A stretch of 64,000 nt of DNA from Octopus sinensis (GCF_006345805.1 NC_043011.1:12288464-12352463); one strand, 5' to 3'. Numbered from the stretch's first letter, positions 49,798 through 62,197 are shown. The notes: generated by a model not told the origin, from the sequence alone. Made by a program: numbers and translations.

Positions 49798-50389
49798 TAG
49801 TTAACTAATTAACAAATTGAGTATTTGATTAATCATTTTATCACTCAATCAGCTTGTTTGTCAGAGATCTTTTGTCACTGTTTGTGACCTCATTCCAAGT
49901 CCTAGAGTTATGATTAATCAGAAAATTTGATCCTTATGCCCATACATATGAATGTATGTATGTATAACAAATGAATTTTGCTAAAGATAAACAAACATGC
50001 ATCTTAGTTTGAAGACAGACTCTAGTACTCTCCTCTCTGTGTCGCTCAGTTTTTCTTCCACTATGACGTGTTCATCACCTGACAATCTCCGTTACTACAC
50101 CGTTTCTATGACTCACTATTCTTTTCGACTCTGCCTTACTCTGTCATCTGATTGCCAATGTCACTGCCCTCTACCATTCAATGTCTTTATCATTCAATGT
50201 CCTATGTCACTCAACTGTCTCCATCCCTTACTGCCCCTTGTTACTTTATTATCTCTGCCACTCACTACCCTATGTTAATTTTATATCACTACCACTCATT
50301 GCCCTCTATCATATAATGTCTCTGCTATTCAATGTCGCATGTCACTTTGATATCTCTGTCACTCACTGTCCTCAGTCAATTTGTCTCTG

Positions 50390-50807
50390 GGATCTTTTCG
50401 GTTTGAACGGTAGTTTTTTTAAATAATTTCCACGTAACTAAACACTTTTAAACTTTGTATACTGGTAGAATGTGTTTATAAAACATTTTTTTCTCTTAGC
50501 TTTATTGAGAAAATTCTATAGTTTGTAAGATATTTGTTGTTGTTTATCTTCAATTTCTGCAATTTCAACCAATCAATGACATCTATTGAGGTAAAAAACA
50601 TTCTGTACTGTATGAATATGTCTCTCATTTAAGAAACAGATTGGGTTTATTTACATTTGTGAAGAAAAAAAGATACCCTTCCCCCCACCCCTAAACCTAA
50701 TCCTAAAACAGATTGAAATGCAATAGATCAATACTAGGGTCATAATTATGGGTGACAATTTCATATAACACCGCTAGAAGAAACAGCCGTTCAAACCGAA
50801 AAGATCC
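50390..50807 (-). mobile_element. GGATC-TIR MITE inserted in a minisatellite unit
   Basis: Same TIRs, opposite orientation; 6-bp TSD tctctg. Confidence 0.9.
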
Positions 50808-51000
50808 TCTCTGTCATTTCACTTACAGCTCTCTATCACTCAACTATCTCTGTCACTCAATGCCCTCAGTCAATTTGTCTCTGTCATTTCACTTACAGCT
50901 CTCTATCACTCAACTGTCTCTGTCACTCACTGCCCTCAGTCAATTTGTCTCTGTCATTTTACTTACAGCTCTCTATCACTCAACTATCTCTGTCACTAAG
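50808..51000 (+). repeat. 70-bp minisatellite, about 2.7 units, in a CT-rich low-complexity region (about 50000-51200)
   Basis: Units start at 50808, 50878 and 50948. Confidence 0.85.
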
Positions 51001-51502
51001 TGCCTTCTTTCTTTTTGTCTTTGTCATTCACTACCACCGTCATTCTACTCTGTCAGCATTCACTGCTCTCTGTCACTCACTACCTTCTGCCACTGTACCA
51101 TCTCTGTCACCTTAGTGTCTCCTCCACTCACTTTCCTCTATCATCCTACACCTTTTAATATTCCCTACCCTCTCACTCATTCTACCATCTCCTCCTGTCT
51201 ACCCTTTGATACACTGTACCATTTATAGGCTAGGAACAATAACATTGCAACTACTTGCAGAAATATAGAGTGGAAAGGGTGCTAAATATGTTGCAGTAAA
51301 TATGCCACAAAGATAATATATCACTGCTAAAAGATGTTTGTTTTCCATCGAATGGGAATATCTTCTGGGAAGAAGTAAAGAAAGTTTAAGAAAAAGGAAG
51401 TGAAAGCAAGTGGTACAGCATTAACATTCGATATTGATGATTGTAGTATTTCTGGAACAATGCCAGAATTTTTACTATGGCAACAATATACTGAAGTAGA
51501 GA

Positions 51503-51770
51503 TGTGTGTGTGTGTGTGTGTGTGTGTGTGAGTGCGTGCATGTGTGTGTGTGTGTATGTGTGTGTATGTGTGTGTATGTGTGTGTGTATGTGTGTGTATG
51601 TGTTTATGTGTGTGTGTATGTGTGTGCGTGCACGTGTGTGTGTATATGTGTGTGTGTGTGTGTATGTGTGTGCGTGCATGTGTGTGTATGTGTGTGAGTG
51701 TGTGTCTGTGTGTGTGTATGTGTGTGTGTATGTGTGTATGTGTGTGTGTGTGTGTGAATATGTGTGAATG
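51503..51770 (+). repeat. Interrupted (TG)n microsatellite
   Basis: Direct reading. Confidence 0.98.
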
Positions 51771-52555
51771 AAAGAAAGCTGTGAGAGAAAGAAGCAGAGA
51801 GGGTGAATCTTTTTGTTATTTCATCATGTTAGTAATGATAGAGTATCAATATTCTAAGCCTCTATGTTGCCAGCCATGCCATCAGGTGTGAGAAGTGTAC
51901 TGTTTATATTGCTGCACTCTATTTTTATAACTGACATCAGGTCTGTTTTTCTTTTTGTTTTTTGCTTTTTGCATTCTGATAGAATCCTCTTTACTTTTAG
52001 TCATGGTGATGTAATTCTTGTTATTGCAGTAGTTTGAGTGCAATTTTGTCATTTGAAACCTCTATAAGATGGTAATTATTACAAAAGCAGTGTAGATTAG
52101 ATGGATTTTAATATCGGTATTTTGGTTGCATATGTACACATGTATCTTTATAAATGATACTGTTTCAAATATTTTTTCTTGATCACTTCAATATTTTATT
52201 CTAGCTACATAATATCTGTATTATTAGTCTGTGAATTTAATTTCAATAATTTGCGTGGGTAGTAATCTGTAGGTATGGTTGAAGAATATGATTTTGTAAT
52301 GTCAGAAATATGCAAATCTATATGATTAAGTTTAATGAATTAAAGCTTACATCTGATTAAGAGTTGGTTTAATTGGCTTGTATTGGGTCATTTAGGATAT
52401 ATATATATATATATATATATCAGTCTGGTGGGAACATAAGCCAGATTGATGACCTTCTCACCAGTCTTAAAGAGAGAGAGAGAGAGAGACTGACAGTCAT
52501 CTGTATTTGAATCATAAAAATGGAAAGTTTCTTTAAAAGTACTTTTTATATTTAT

Positions 52556-52920
52556 TCGTGATCATTGCCAGAGCAGCCAACTGGCTTCCGTACCCGTGGC
52601 ACATAAAAAGGCACCATTCGACCGTGATTGTTACCAATGTCACCTTACTGACACCTGTGCGGGTAGCACGTGTAAAAAGATTCGAGCGAGGCCGTTGCCA
52701 GTACCGTCTGACTGGCCCCCATGCTGGTGGCATGTAAAAAGCACCCACTACACTCTCAGAGTGGTTGGCAATAGGAAGGGCATCCAGCTGTAGAAACTCT
52801 GCAAGATCAAGATTGGAGCCTGGTGCAGGCATCTGGTTCGCCAGCCCTCAGTCAAAATCGTCCAACCCATGCTAGCATGGAAAGTGGACGTTAAACGATG
52901 ATGATGATGATGATGATGAT
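52556..52920 (+). mobile_element. SINE family C
   Basis: Closely matches 15769-16112. Confidence 0.85.
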
Positions 52921-53304
52921 CTCCCAAATGAAATCTAACTCTTATTCAGTTATAATTAGTTACTCTCCACTGCCATTATATTTACTTTCCTAACTCACAC
53001 CATTTCTTCACTCAAGATACATCATTCATTCTTATTCAGTTATTTTCTCAACTTTGTTCTGTTTTCACAAGCTGACATTACATTTTCTATGAAATGTATT
53101 CAACTAGTTCGTCTCTATTTATTGTTGATCTTCTATATTCACTAGTTATGGTTTACTACTAAAGACTAACTTCTAACCATTTCTGATTAAGATAACTACA
53201 AAAAGATTTAATGGAAAATATGATTGTAGTTTGGAAAAACAAACATTTTCTTTGACATTCTCGTTCAGTATTTCAAACTTAATTGTGATTTCACATAAAG
53301 ATTC

Positions 53305-53650
53305 AATTCAATTTCAATTCAATTTTTATTGGCTCAAAAGGCAAAAGCAAGGCCATGTAGGTGGACATGGAGTTATGTACGGGGAGGGTGGTCACACAAA
53401 GAGTTCAGGCCATTTCTAGTCAAGAGAGACTTTGAACCAAGCGGTCGTCGGCATCTTCACTATCTCGTCCAGCAGCTTATTCCACGGATCTACAACCTGG
53501 ACAGAGAAAGCCCCTCTCCTTTGATTGAGATGAAATCATCATAGATAGAGCTTTTCAGAGTGACTCCGCAGCCCACGCTCTGGAGTAGGAGTGAAGAACA
53601 GCTCTTTCGGGAGGTTACACTTTCCGCTTGTGAGTGAGAATGAGATTACC
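53305..53650 (-). mobile_element. CR1-type LINE 3' end
   Basis: RRHGNLILT..GKCNLPKELFFTPTPERGLRSHSEKLYL..GAFSVQVVDPWNKL; same UTR as 40042-40310. Confidence 0.8.
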
Positions 53651-53971
53651 ATGGCGTCGTCGTTTTTCGAGAGAATAAAGGTCAAGATAAAATAAAACCA
53701 AGAGAATTTTTGATGATTTTCTCCTGAAAATGGATATAAGTAGAAAATAATCTTTAACAAACCAAAATGAGAATGTGACCTGAGAAAAAGAAGACATTCT
53801 CGAATTTATTGCAACAAGAAATGTAATAAGTAATATACTTTCACTTTCAACTATTTCATTTATTTTTGCATTTTATCCTACAAACTTTACTTATATCTCT
53901 TCTCCTTTCAGTTATCAAATGACCTTATAATTTCCTTCATAATTTTAAATATCCACGATATCTTGATATCC

Positions 53972-54387
53972 GGATCTTTTCGGTTTGAAAGGCAGTTTTT
54001 AAAAATAATTTCCACGTGACTAAATACTTTTAAACTTCGTATACTGGTAGAATGTGTTTATAAAACATCTTTTTCTCTTGGCTTTATTGAGAAAATTCTA
54101 TGGTTTGTAAGATATTTGTTTTTTTTCTCTTCAATTTCTGCAATTTCAACTAATCAATGACGTCTATTGAGGTGAAAACATTCTGTGCCGTATGAATATG
54201 TCCCTCGTTTAAGAAACAGATTGGGTTTATTTACATTTGTGAAGAAAAAAAGATACCCTTCCCCCCACCCCTAACCCTAACCCTAAAACAGATTGAAATG
54301 CAATAGATCGATACTAGGGTCATAATTATGGGTGACAATTTCATATGACACTGCTAGAAAAAACTGCCGGTCAAACCGAAAAGATCC
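53972..54387 (-). mobile_element. GGATC-TIR MITE
   Basis: Same TIRs; flanks tgatatcc/tgatatct. Confidence 0.9.
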
Positions 54388-54775
54388 TGATATCTTAAAC
54401 TAGATTCATTGATACCAACGTTTCTAAAAATTTTTTCTTCGCTATCACCTCACTCTAGAGAATATATTTCATCAGCACCTCTGACCCAATAAAGTCAGCT
54501 AAAAATGGTGTGCTAAAAATTAAATGTAAATGTTTTTTTTTTTAAACAATTATTGTATAACCAAATATTGTACAAAGGAATCTAAAAGTATTTGATTTAT
54601 TATTGTGAAGTATAGTGTGATGTAACGAGACTAATATTTCTACATCCTGCTCAGTGATAGCAACCAAGCTTCCTTAAAATAATCTGTTTGACTATTTGTA
54701 GTCAGTTTCTCCTTTGTGTCAAAAGGTCTGTCATTACAGACCTTTTGACACTAGATCCATATGACAAGAGAAATA

Positions 54776-55066
54776 CTTGTTTGTTCCTTCTCAAGCCATG
54801 CCTGGCTCATAAGGGCCGGTTTCCCAGTTTCTTGGCATATAGGTTCTCCACCTAGACGGGACACTGGTTCGTTGCAGGTGAGCTGCAAGATGCAGGAGGA
54901 AAGAGTGAGAGAAAGTTGTGGCGAAAGAGTCAGCAGAAGTTTCACCATTACCTTCTGCTGGAGCCGCGTGGAGCTTAGGTGTTTTCGCTCATAAATACAC
55001 ACATTCGAACCCGCGATCCCTCGACCGTGAGTCTGCTGCTCTAACTACTAGGCCATGTGCCTCCAC
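54776..55066 (-). mobile_element. SINE family D, second subfamily
   Basis: Matches 42855-43159. Confidence 0.85.
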
Positions 55067-56080
55067 AGAGAAATACTGCCAAGAACTTTTTTCACAATGC
55101 TTCATAATCCAGGGAAAAGATTTGAAATTTGGTGCTGCAGTTGAAAATTATGATGCCCATTCTTCAATTTGAACTCATTGGTGGTTTTTAATTCAGTAAC
55201 TTCATGTGATTTCATCAACATTTCCTAACAGATCTAACATCCAATCTAGAATTTTTATGTGTAAAGATATTTCCAGACTATTCAGAGCTGTATTAATGCA
55301 GTACTACCAAATGAGGATAGTGCACCTAAATATTAAAATCCAGTATGTTTTTTCATTTTCTTTCTTTCTTTTTTTTTTTTTGTGGTAGCAGAAATAGTTA
55401 GAAACTGATTAAATTTGCTATGTCTCACATTACATTTGAACAGAACAAGCTTAAAACAAACGAATATATAATAATCTTCATTTTAATCAAATCCAGTTCA
55501 TGTTGGAGCCGAAAATTCCTTTCATTGAACTTCTTCAATTTGTCGCACATGAAAACATCTTTGTTTTCCAAAAAATTCGAAATCTGTTTCGAAAGGACTA
55601 TAAAAGCAAATACACTTTGGCCATAAGTGAACTATGGTGAGGAATCTAAAGAGATTAAATTCTTCATTGTTTGTTTGCAGAACTGTCCACATAATGCCAT
55701 TCAAAGAATTGCTTTTGATTTTGTTAATTACTGTAACGATGTATTGCACCATATGATGCAAAGCAATCACTAATTTGTCTTAAAGTATTTTAAAATAAGA
55801 CAAATCATGTTATTTGCATGAACTTTTTCTAAGTATTCTTGTAATCTTGAAGACTTCATAGATTCATTGGGAAACACTTTTTGGCAAATTAAGCACATCA
55901 ATAATAGCTTGTCTGAAGGTGATGCAATAAATCTATACCATAAATATTCAATACTGTTCTGCTAATGTTTCTTTTTTTGTTCTGCAGCTGTCTATGTCTA
56001 TAAATTATATTTTAGATACATGTTGCATCGTCGCTGCCGCCACCGCCACCATCGTCATCATCATCATCATCATCATCATC

Positions 56081-56297
56081 AAGGTGATGAGCTGGCAGAA
56101 TTGTTAGCACACCAGCAAAATACTTAGTGGCATTTCGTCTGAATTTATGTTCTGAGTTCAAATTCTGTTGAGGTCGACTTTGCCTTTCATCATTTTAGGG
56201 TCAATAAAATAAATACCAGTTGAGCACTGGGTTGATGTAATCAACTTACTCCTTCCCTTGAACTTGCTGGCTTTGTGCTAAAATTTGAAGCCATGAT
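56081..56297 (+). mobile_element. SINE family B variant
   Basis: Head and central domain match. Confidence 0.85.
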
Positions 56298-56341
56298 TAT
56301 TGTTATTATTATTATTATCATCATCATCATCATCATCATCA

Positions 56342-56391
<50 letters not shown>

Positions 56392-56428
56392 GTTATTGTT
56401 GTTGTTGTTATTATTATTATTATTATTC
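56296..56428 (+). repeat. Compound (ATT)n/(ATC)n/(GTT)n microsatellite
   Basis: Direct reading. Confidence 0.95.
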
Positions 56429-56699
56429 TATGTTTGACTTTTGCTTTACATTTGTACAAGTTGGCTCCAAGTCTCACCCAGAGACCCCAAGACACAAGCT
56501 AGAAGTTCATGTTGGTGTTATGCCTAGGGTGCCATATATTTGGTTTTGTACTTAGTGTTGTACTAGTGAATGTCTAAAAAACCATACGAAAATTATGTTT
56601 GTTTTAAAACTTGAGATTACATAGAATTATCATCATCATTATTATTATTATTATTGTTATTATTATTAAATAAAATCATGCTATCTCTGTGTTTAATAA

Positions 56700-57120
56700 T
56701 GAAGATGAATATACCATTCTCATGTGTGAGGGTTGGGGGACTCAGACACAACTACCACTTCTTGTCATACTCTGCAGTCCCATGTTGCCACAGTACGTTC
56801 TACCAGGGTACTCCCTATCCAGTCCTTGATGCCATCATGTTGTGTCTTCATCTTTGTCACCTGCAAGCCCATCTTCCATTCATCTAACACCCAAGATTCT
56901 GAATTTTAACAATGAGGCCAAAATATTGCCGTCTTTCTCTTCTGACTATCACCACCAACTTTCATTCTGCTGCCATTCTTCCACATTACTGAATCGCTTG
57001 CTTTACAAGCTGCCCCAACTGATCTGCAGTGCTCACCTGTAGCATGTCATCTTAAATGCACTCAGTTGTTTTGTATATGTCACTTTTAGGGTCCATGCTT
57101 CATATCCATATAATGCGACC
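56700..57120 (-). mobile_element. Decayed RTE LINE 3' fragment
   Basis: Minus strand VALYGYEAWTLK..LSAFKMTCYR.ALQISW matches the RTE post-RT region. Confidence 0.6.
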
Positions 57121-57125
57121 CACCT

Positions 57126-57516
57126 AGGAGTGGCTGTGTGGTAAGTAGCTTATTTACCAACCACATGGTTCCGGGTTCATTCCCACTGCATGGCACCTTG
57201 GGCAAGTGTCTTCTACTATAGCTTCAGTCCGACCAATGCCTTGCAAGTGGATTTGGTAGACGGAAACTGAAAGAAGCTCATCATATATATATATGTGTGT
57301 GTGTGTGTGTTTGTGTGTCTGTATGTGTCCCCCCAACATCGCTTGACAACTGATGGTGGTGTGTTTACCTCCCCGTAACTTAGCAGTTCGGTAAAAAATA
57401 CCGATAGAATATGTACTAGGCTTCCAAAGAATAAGTCCTGGGGTCGAGTTGCTCGATTAAAGGCGGTACTCCAGCATGGCTGCAGTCAAATGACTGAAAC
57501 ACGTAAAAGAGTAAAG
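57126..57516 (+). mobile_element. SINE family A
   Basis: Near full-length match. Confidence 0.9.
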
Positions 57517-57836
57517 ACCATGGGCTTTTGTAAAAGTTTCAGCTGAGCACTGGTATAAATGTATAAAGTACACATGTGATTATAATTATTTCAGTCATGG
57601 CCATCCAGTCTTTCTGTATATCTGGCTCTATGCTGGCAAATATGCCTTCTGTTTTTAAAATAAGGTGTGAAATACAGGAATTTAGTTGCTATATTTAGCA
57701 GATCAAGTGCTAACAGAGGTAACAATGAAATAGAAGCTTCTTCGTAGTAATAGAGGATTTGCTTTTCAAGGAAAGGTTTTTTGTTGGATACAATCTAGTC
57801 TGAGGATAAACATTTGAACATTCTTTAAAGGTACGA

Positions 57837-58241
57837 GGCGTAGGAGTGGGTGTGTGGTTTGCTTACGAACCACATGGTTCACGGTTCAGTCCCACTGCAT
57901 GGCACCTCGGGTCGACCAATGCCTTGTGAGTGGATTTGGTAGACGGAAACTAAAAGAAGCCCGTCATATATATATATACATATGTGTGTGTGTGTGTATG
58001 TGTGTGTGTGTATGTGTGTGTGTGTATGTTTGGGTGTCTGTATGTGTGCCCCCTAGCATTGCTTGACAACCGATGCTGGTGTGTTTACGTCCCCGTAACA
58101 TAGCGGTTCGGCAAAAGAGACCGATAGTATAAGTACTAGGCTTACAAAGAATAAGTGTCGGGGTCGATTTGCTCGACTAAAGGCAGTGCTCCAGCATGGC
58201 CACAGTCAAATGACTGAAACAAATAAAAGAGTAAAAGAGTA
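57837..58241 (+). mobile_element. SINE family A
   Basis: Near full-length match with small deletions. Confidence 0.9.
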
Positions 58242-58500
58242 CGTTTTTTATTTCCTAAGGGGAGGTAACTATTTGTTTCTGTAGAGGTTGTTTCTCTACT
58301 ATTGCAGAATATTTTAAAAGTGTCTGTTGCTAAAGGTTATATTTTCTAGTGAGAAGCTGTAAAGGCTGAACTTAACAAAAACAAGAAACTGAGAGTGTTG
58401 CCCTCAGTGAGTATGCAGTTAAAGACGATAACAATAAAGTTAATGATACCATTGAAACACAGTAGTTGTTATAATAGGACATCAAAATGAACCCATTTTT

Positions 58501-58928
58501 GGATCTTTCCGGTTTGAACGGCAGTTTTTTCTAGCAGTGTCATATGAAATTGTCACCCATAATTATGGCCCTAGTATCGATCTATTGCATTTCAATCTGC
58601 TTTAGGGTTAGGGTTAGGGTTAGGGATGGGGGGAAGGGTATCTTTTTTTCTTCACAAATGTAAATATACCCAATCTGTTTCTTAAACAAGGGCCATATTC
58701 ATACGGAACAGAATGTTTTTTTTTTACCTCAATGGACATCATTGATTAGTTGAAATTGCAGAAATTGAAGAAGAAAAAACAACAAATATCTTACAAAATA
58801 TAGAATTTTCCCAATAAAGCCAAGAGAAAAAGATGTTTCATAAACACATTCTACCAGTATATGAAGTTTAACATTTTTTAGTTACGTGGAAATTATTTTA
58901 AAAACTGCCGTTCAAACCGAAAAGATCC
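58501..58928 (+). mobile_element. GGATC-TIR MITE flanked by a 44-bp direct duplication
   Basis: Same TIRs; 58455-58498 repeated at 58929-58972 with 2 mismatches. Confidence 0.9.
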
Positions 58929-59809
58929 AAACACAGCAGTTGTTATAATAGGGCATCAAAATGAACCCATTTCCAACAGCCAATGAAGAAACAACTAATC
59001 CAGATGAGATTAGGAGATTAGCTTGCTGATAACTGTCCATACAACATATACGTTACTATAATAGTATTAACTTCAGAATTACGCAGATGACATACCTGAA
59101 TTAATTTCTAAATAATTCTATTTTCCTATGGCAACAAATGTAGCTGTGTTGAACATGCATTTCACTCCTATTTTGCTTTGTTTTTCAAAAACTTCTTAGG
59201 ATTCCTATATTTTCAGCAACATGATGATGCCCCACCCCCAAACAAAAAAGAAACAAACAGCTTTTCAAAAACCAGTTACCTAATTAAACTCCAGATTTTT
59301 TGCTTTTATTTTCAAATTTTTTTCTTTTAAAGATGGAGAGTATAATTCTGAAAAGATCTTTTTCCAAAATTTCAATCCTTAAAAATACCCCTTTCACTTC
59401 TGGCATTCAAAATACTTACACCCGCCTGACACAAACCTTTGGAAGTTTTTAAACTTTCCCATGCATAGATAGCTGCTGAATGATGACAATCAGATGACAT
59501 GAAAGAAGGAAACCTCCTTGTGACTATTTGAGATGTTAGAAATAACAGCCAAATCTCCCTCAAATCATGCATCTAAAATGTCTTAGAAAATTTTTTCATA
59601 AACTGAACAATTTTATCCAACATATACAGAAATATGGAGATTATGATTGTGAAAATTAATTTATTTGAATTACGGAGATGTACTTGCATAACGAGTGACT
59701 TGATCTGAGATCGTGTGCTGGAATGAAAACAATTGCAGCATGGAAGGTGTGTATAAGCCATTTAAAAAACACACAAAACCGTTAGATTCACTTCAGCATT
59801 TAAATTTAA

Positions 59810-59860
59810 TTTGTCAAAATATTTTCGTCGCTTTGAGACCCCGACCTGTTCACTGACAAA
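59810..59860 (-). ncRNA. G3-C8 hammerhead fold, minus-strand copy A (core intact, one stem II mismatch)
   Basis: Reverse complement tttgtca-gtgaaca-g-gtcgg-ggtctcaaa-gcgac-gaaa-atattt-tgacaaa. Confidence 0.65.
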
Positions 59861-59873
59861 ACTTTGTGCTACA

Positions 59874-59923
59874 TTGTCAAAATATTTTCGTCGCTTTGAG
59901 ACTGCGACCTGTTTACTGACAAA
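59874..59923 (-). ncRNA. G3-C8 hammerhead fold, minus-strand copy B (G5A core mutation, predicted inactive)
   Basis: Core reads gtaaaca; otherwise the same as the plus-strand copy. Confidence 0.55.
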
Positions 59924-59958
59924 ACTTTGTGCTGCATCTCTTTGATGCAGCACAAAGT

Positions 59959-60009
59959 TTTGTCAGTGAACAGGTCGCGGTCTCAAAGCGACGAAAATAT
60001 TTTGACAAA
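59959..60009 (+). ncRNA. Minimal type I hammerhead-ribozyme fold with swapped G3-C8 core pair (candidate)
   Basis: Stem I TTTGTCA/TGACAAA; core GTGAACA; stem II GTCGC/GCGAC; GAAA; palindromic stem III AATATT; predicted cut after 60002. Confidence 0.7.
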
Positions 60010-62023
60010 TTAAATTTAAATGTTGAAGTGAATCTAACGGTTTTGTGTGTTTTTTAAATGGCTTATACACACCTTCCATGCTGCATTAATTTATTTGAAA
60101 TTTCAGAATAATGATCAACACCCAATAGAAATAAGAAATGCATCAGCAGAGTGATTCTCATTTCTCCCAACCTCCACTACCACTACTACTACTACTACTA
60201 CCATCAAATGTTAGGTAATTTTTTTTTGTCACTCACCATCTCTTTACTAATGAGAAGGCATAATTTGCATCCAAGTAATTCTACTTTTTTTTGCCAAGGT
60301 GTTGGACAAGTTTTAAGAGTTTCAAATTATCTTAAATTTTTAAAACAAACATGACAATTCATTCATCACCTTTTCAATTTTCAATCACAGTTTCATTTAA
60401 AGATGCAGGATGTTATTTTCTTATGAAAAACACTGCATCAGCACTCTTTAAAATGTCACTGTTGCATCTTCACCATCCAATTTCTTTCTTCCGATATGGA
60501 AATGTTTTTCAGATGGTAATGCAATTCAAATTTATTCTCCACTCTTACTAAAATGCAGACAATCTCAAATTGATAAATACTCCCCAAACATTTTGTAACT
60601 AATTCTTTTTTTTTAAATTTTATAAGTTGTGAAAGGTGTGTAATTTCAGGAAGCTTTTGCTGTTATGATTGATTGATTGATTGATTCCAGTTTCAGCTCA
60701 TGAGCTGTGGCCATGCTGGGGCACAACATGTCATGCAACCACAGAGAGGCTGTCCTCCTACATGTCCAATCAGCAGGAATCTAATCATGAGCAAATAAAT
60801 GGACAGGCTTAAAAAATTCCAGAATGTTGATACTGGATGAGTGCAAGGTATGCCAAAAGCAAGGATTGAGGGAAATTTTTTAGGTATTAAAATAAAAAAA
60901 ATAAAAAATAAAAATTTCAGAATTATAATCTTCAAATTTTCTTAAACTTGAAATTAAAATATATTTAAAAAGTTTTGAAAGCAAATAATTTGATGTTGGT
61001 GGGTAAAACTGAAATTTTGAAAAACTGCTTCTTTGGCAACATTGTAATTTTTGTTGTTGAAAACACAGGAATCCAAAGAAATGTTTGAAACGCAATAAAA
61101 AGGGGGTGCAGCAGATGGTCATCATGTTCATCATAATCTTTTGCATCTCCTCAGCATTTCTCTCATCACAACTATGACAAGTACAGTTAAGGTTATGTTT
61201 CCCTGATTAAGGCTGAGGCATGTCCAGAATTGTCCCCCCATACACATTGTCAAAGATTCATTAAAAACATCATTCAACAGATATTAAATGTTAGCTGAAA
61301 GTTAGAAATGTCAAGTAGCTGGGAGGTGTGTAATTTTAAGTTGGTTTGAAGTATGCTCAAAGATTGGAGCCTACAGTTACAAATGTTGTTCATTTCTTAT
61401 TTCCCATCTTAATTACTGCTCTCTACCAGCTCTAACTACAAACACTTTGACATCACATTCCACTCTATCTTTTCCATCTGTATGCACATTTTATCCAGAT
61501 GCTACTATATATCATTTTTGTATGATATAGCTAAAGAAAGAAAAACAGTTCTGGTGACCTTTTGCAGAGCCACTGGTGGCAGGAAGAGTCTCAATATACT
61601 TGTACGTTCTCTATAAATAGAAGCCTCATCCATCAACAGAACATGACAACCTACTCTTATTCATCAGTACTAAATCACAGAAGCTGTGCATATCGAGAGA
61701 ATCTATGAACATCATAACCAACATTATTCATGAATAATTCATGGCTAAAGCACCATCACAGAGGCTTCACTCTGATGATCTCTCTTAGCAACTACACCTA
61801 TAACATATATTAAGTGAGTTAGAAAAACATTTTAATCATTTAAAATGACCCCATAATGAAGAGATGTGTTTTCAACTGATGAGATCAATAGATCTAGGAA
61901 TGTATATACATGTCTCAAATGATACCCGTTTCCTAACACACATTTTTTATTGTATTGAGTTCTTTCACATGAAAATGCATACTGCAGTATACTTTCTGAC
62001 TGATATTATATATACATACATTT

Positions 62024-62059
<36 letters not shown>

Positions 62060-62151
62060 GCTAGATAGATAGATAGATATTATATATATATATATACACA
62101 CAGACATTTTATACATACATATATATATATATAGATATACACAGACATTTT

Positions 62152-62197
<46 letters not shown>

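Larger units (their letters stand above)
59734..60085. repeat. Near-perfect palindrome, 142-bp arms, 5-nt loop, with a 63-bp tandem duplication in the left arm
   Basis: 59944-60085 is the reverse complement of 59734-59810 plus 59874-59938; loop tcttt at 59939-59943; 59811-59873 repeats 59874-59936. Confidence 0.95.

Noticed and set aside
50808-51000. CRISPR-like array (also the 63-bp units at 59811-59936)
   Set aside because: Head-to-tail units with no unique spacers, eukaryotic context, no cas genes.
58600-58635. Telomere or chromosome-fusion site
   Set aside because: The TTAGGG units are an internal part of the MITE in every copy.
59372-59572. 66-aa minus-strand ORF with AG and GTAAGT-like sites as an upstream PDE4 exon
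   Set aside because: No UCR1/LR1 similarity, and it overlaps a gagatttggctgttatttcta motif that recurs as a repeat (near 18085 and 57680).
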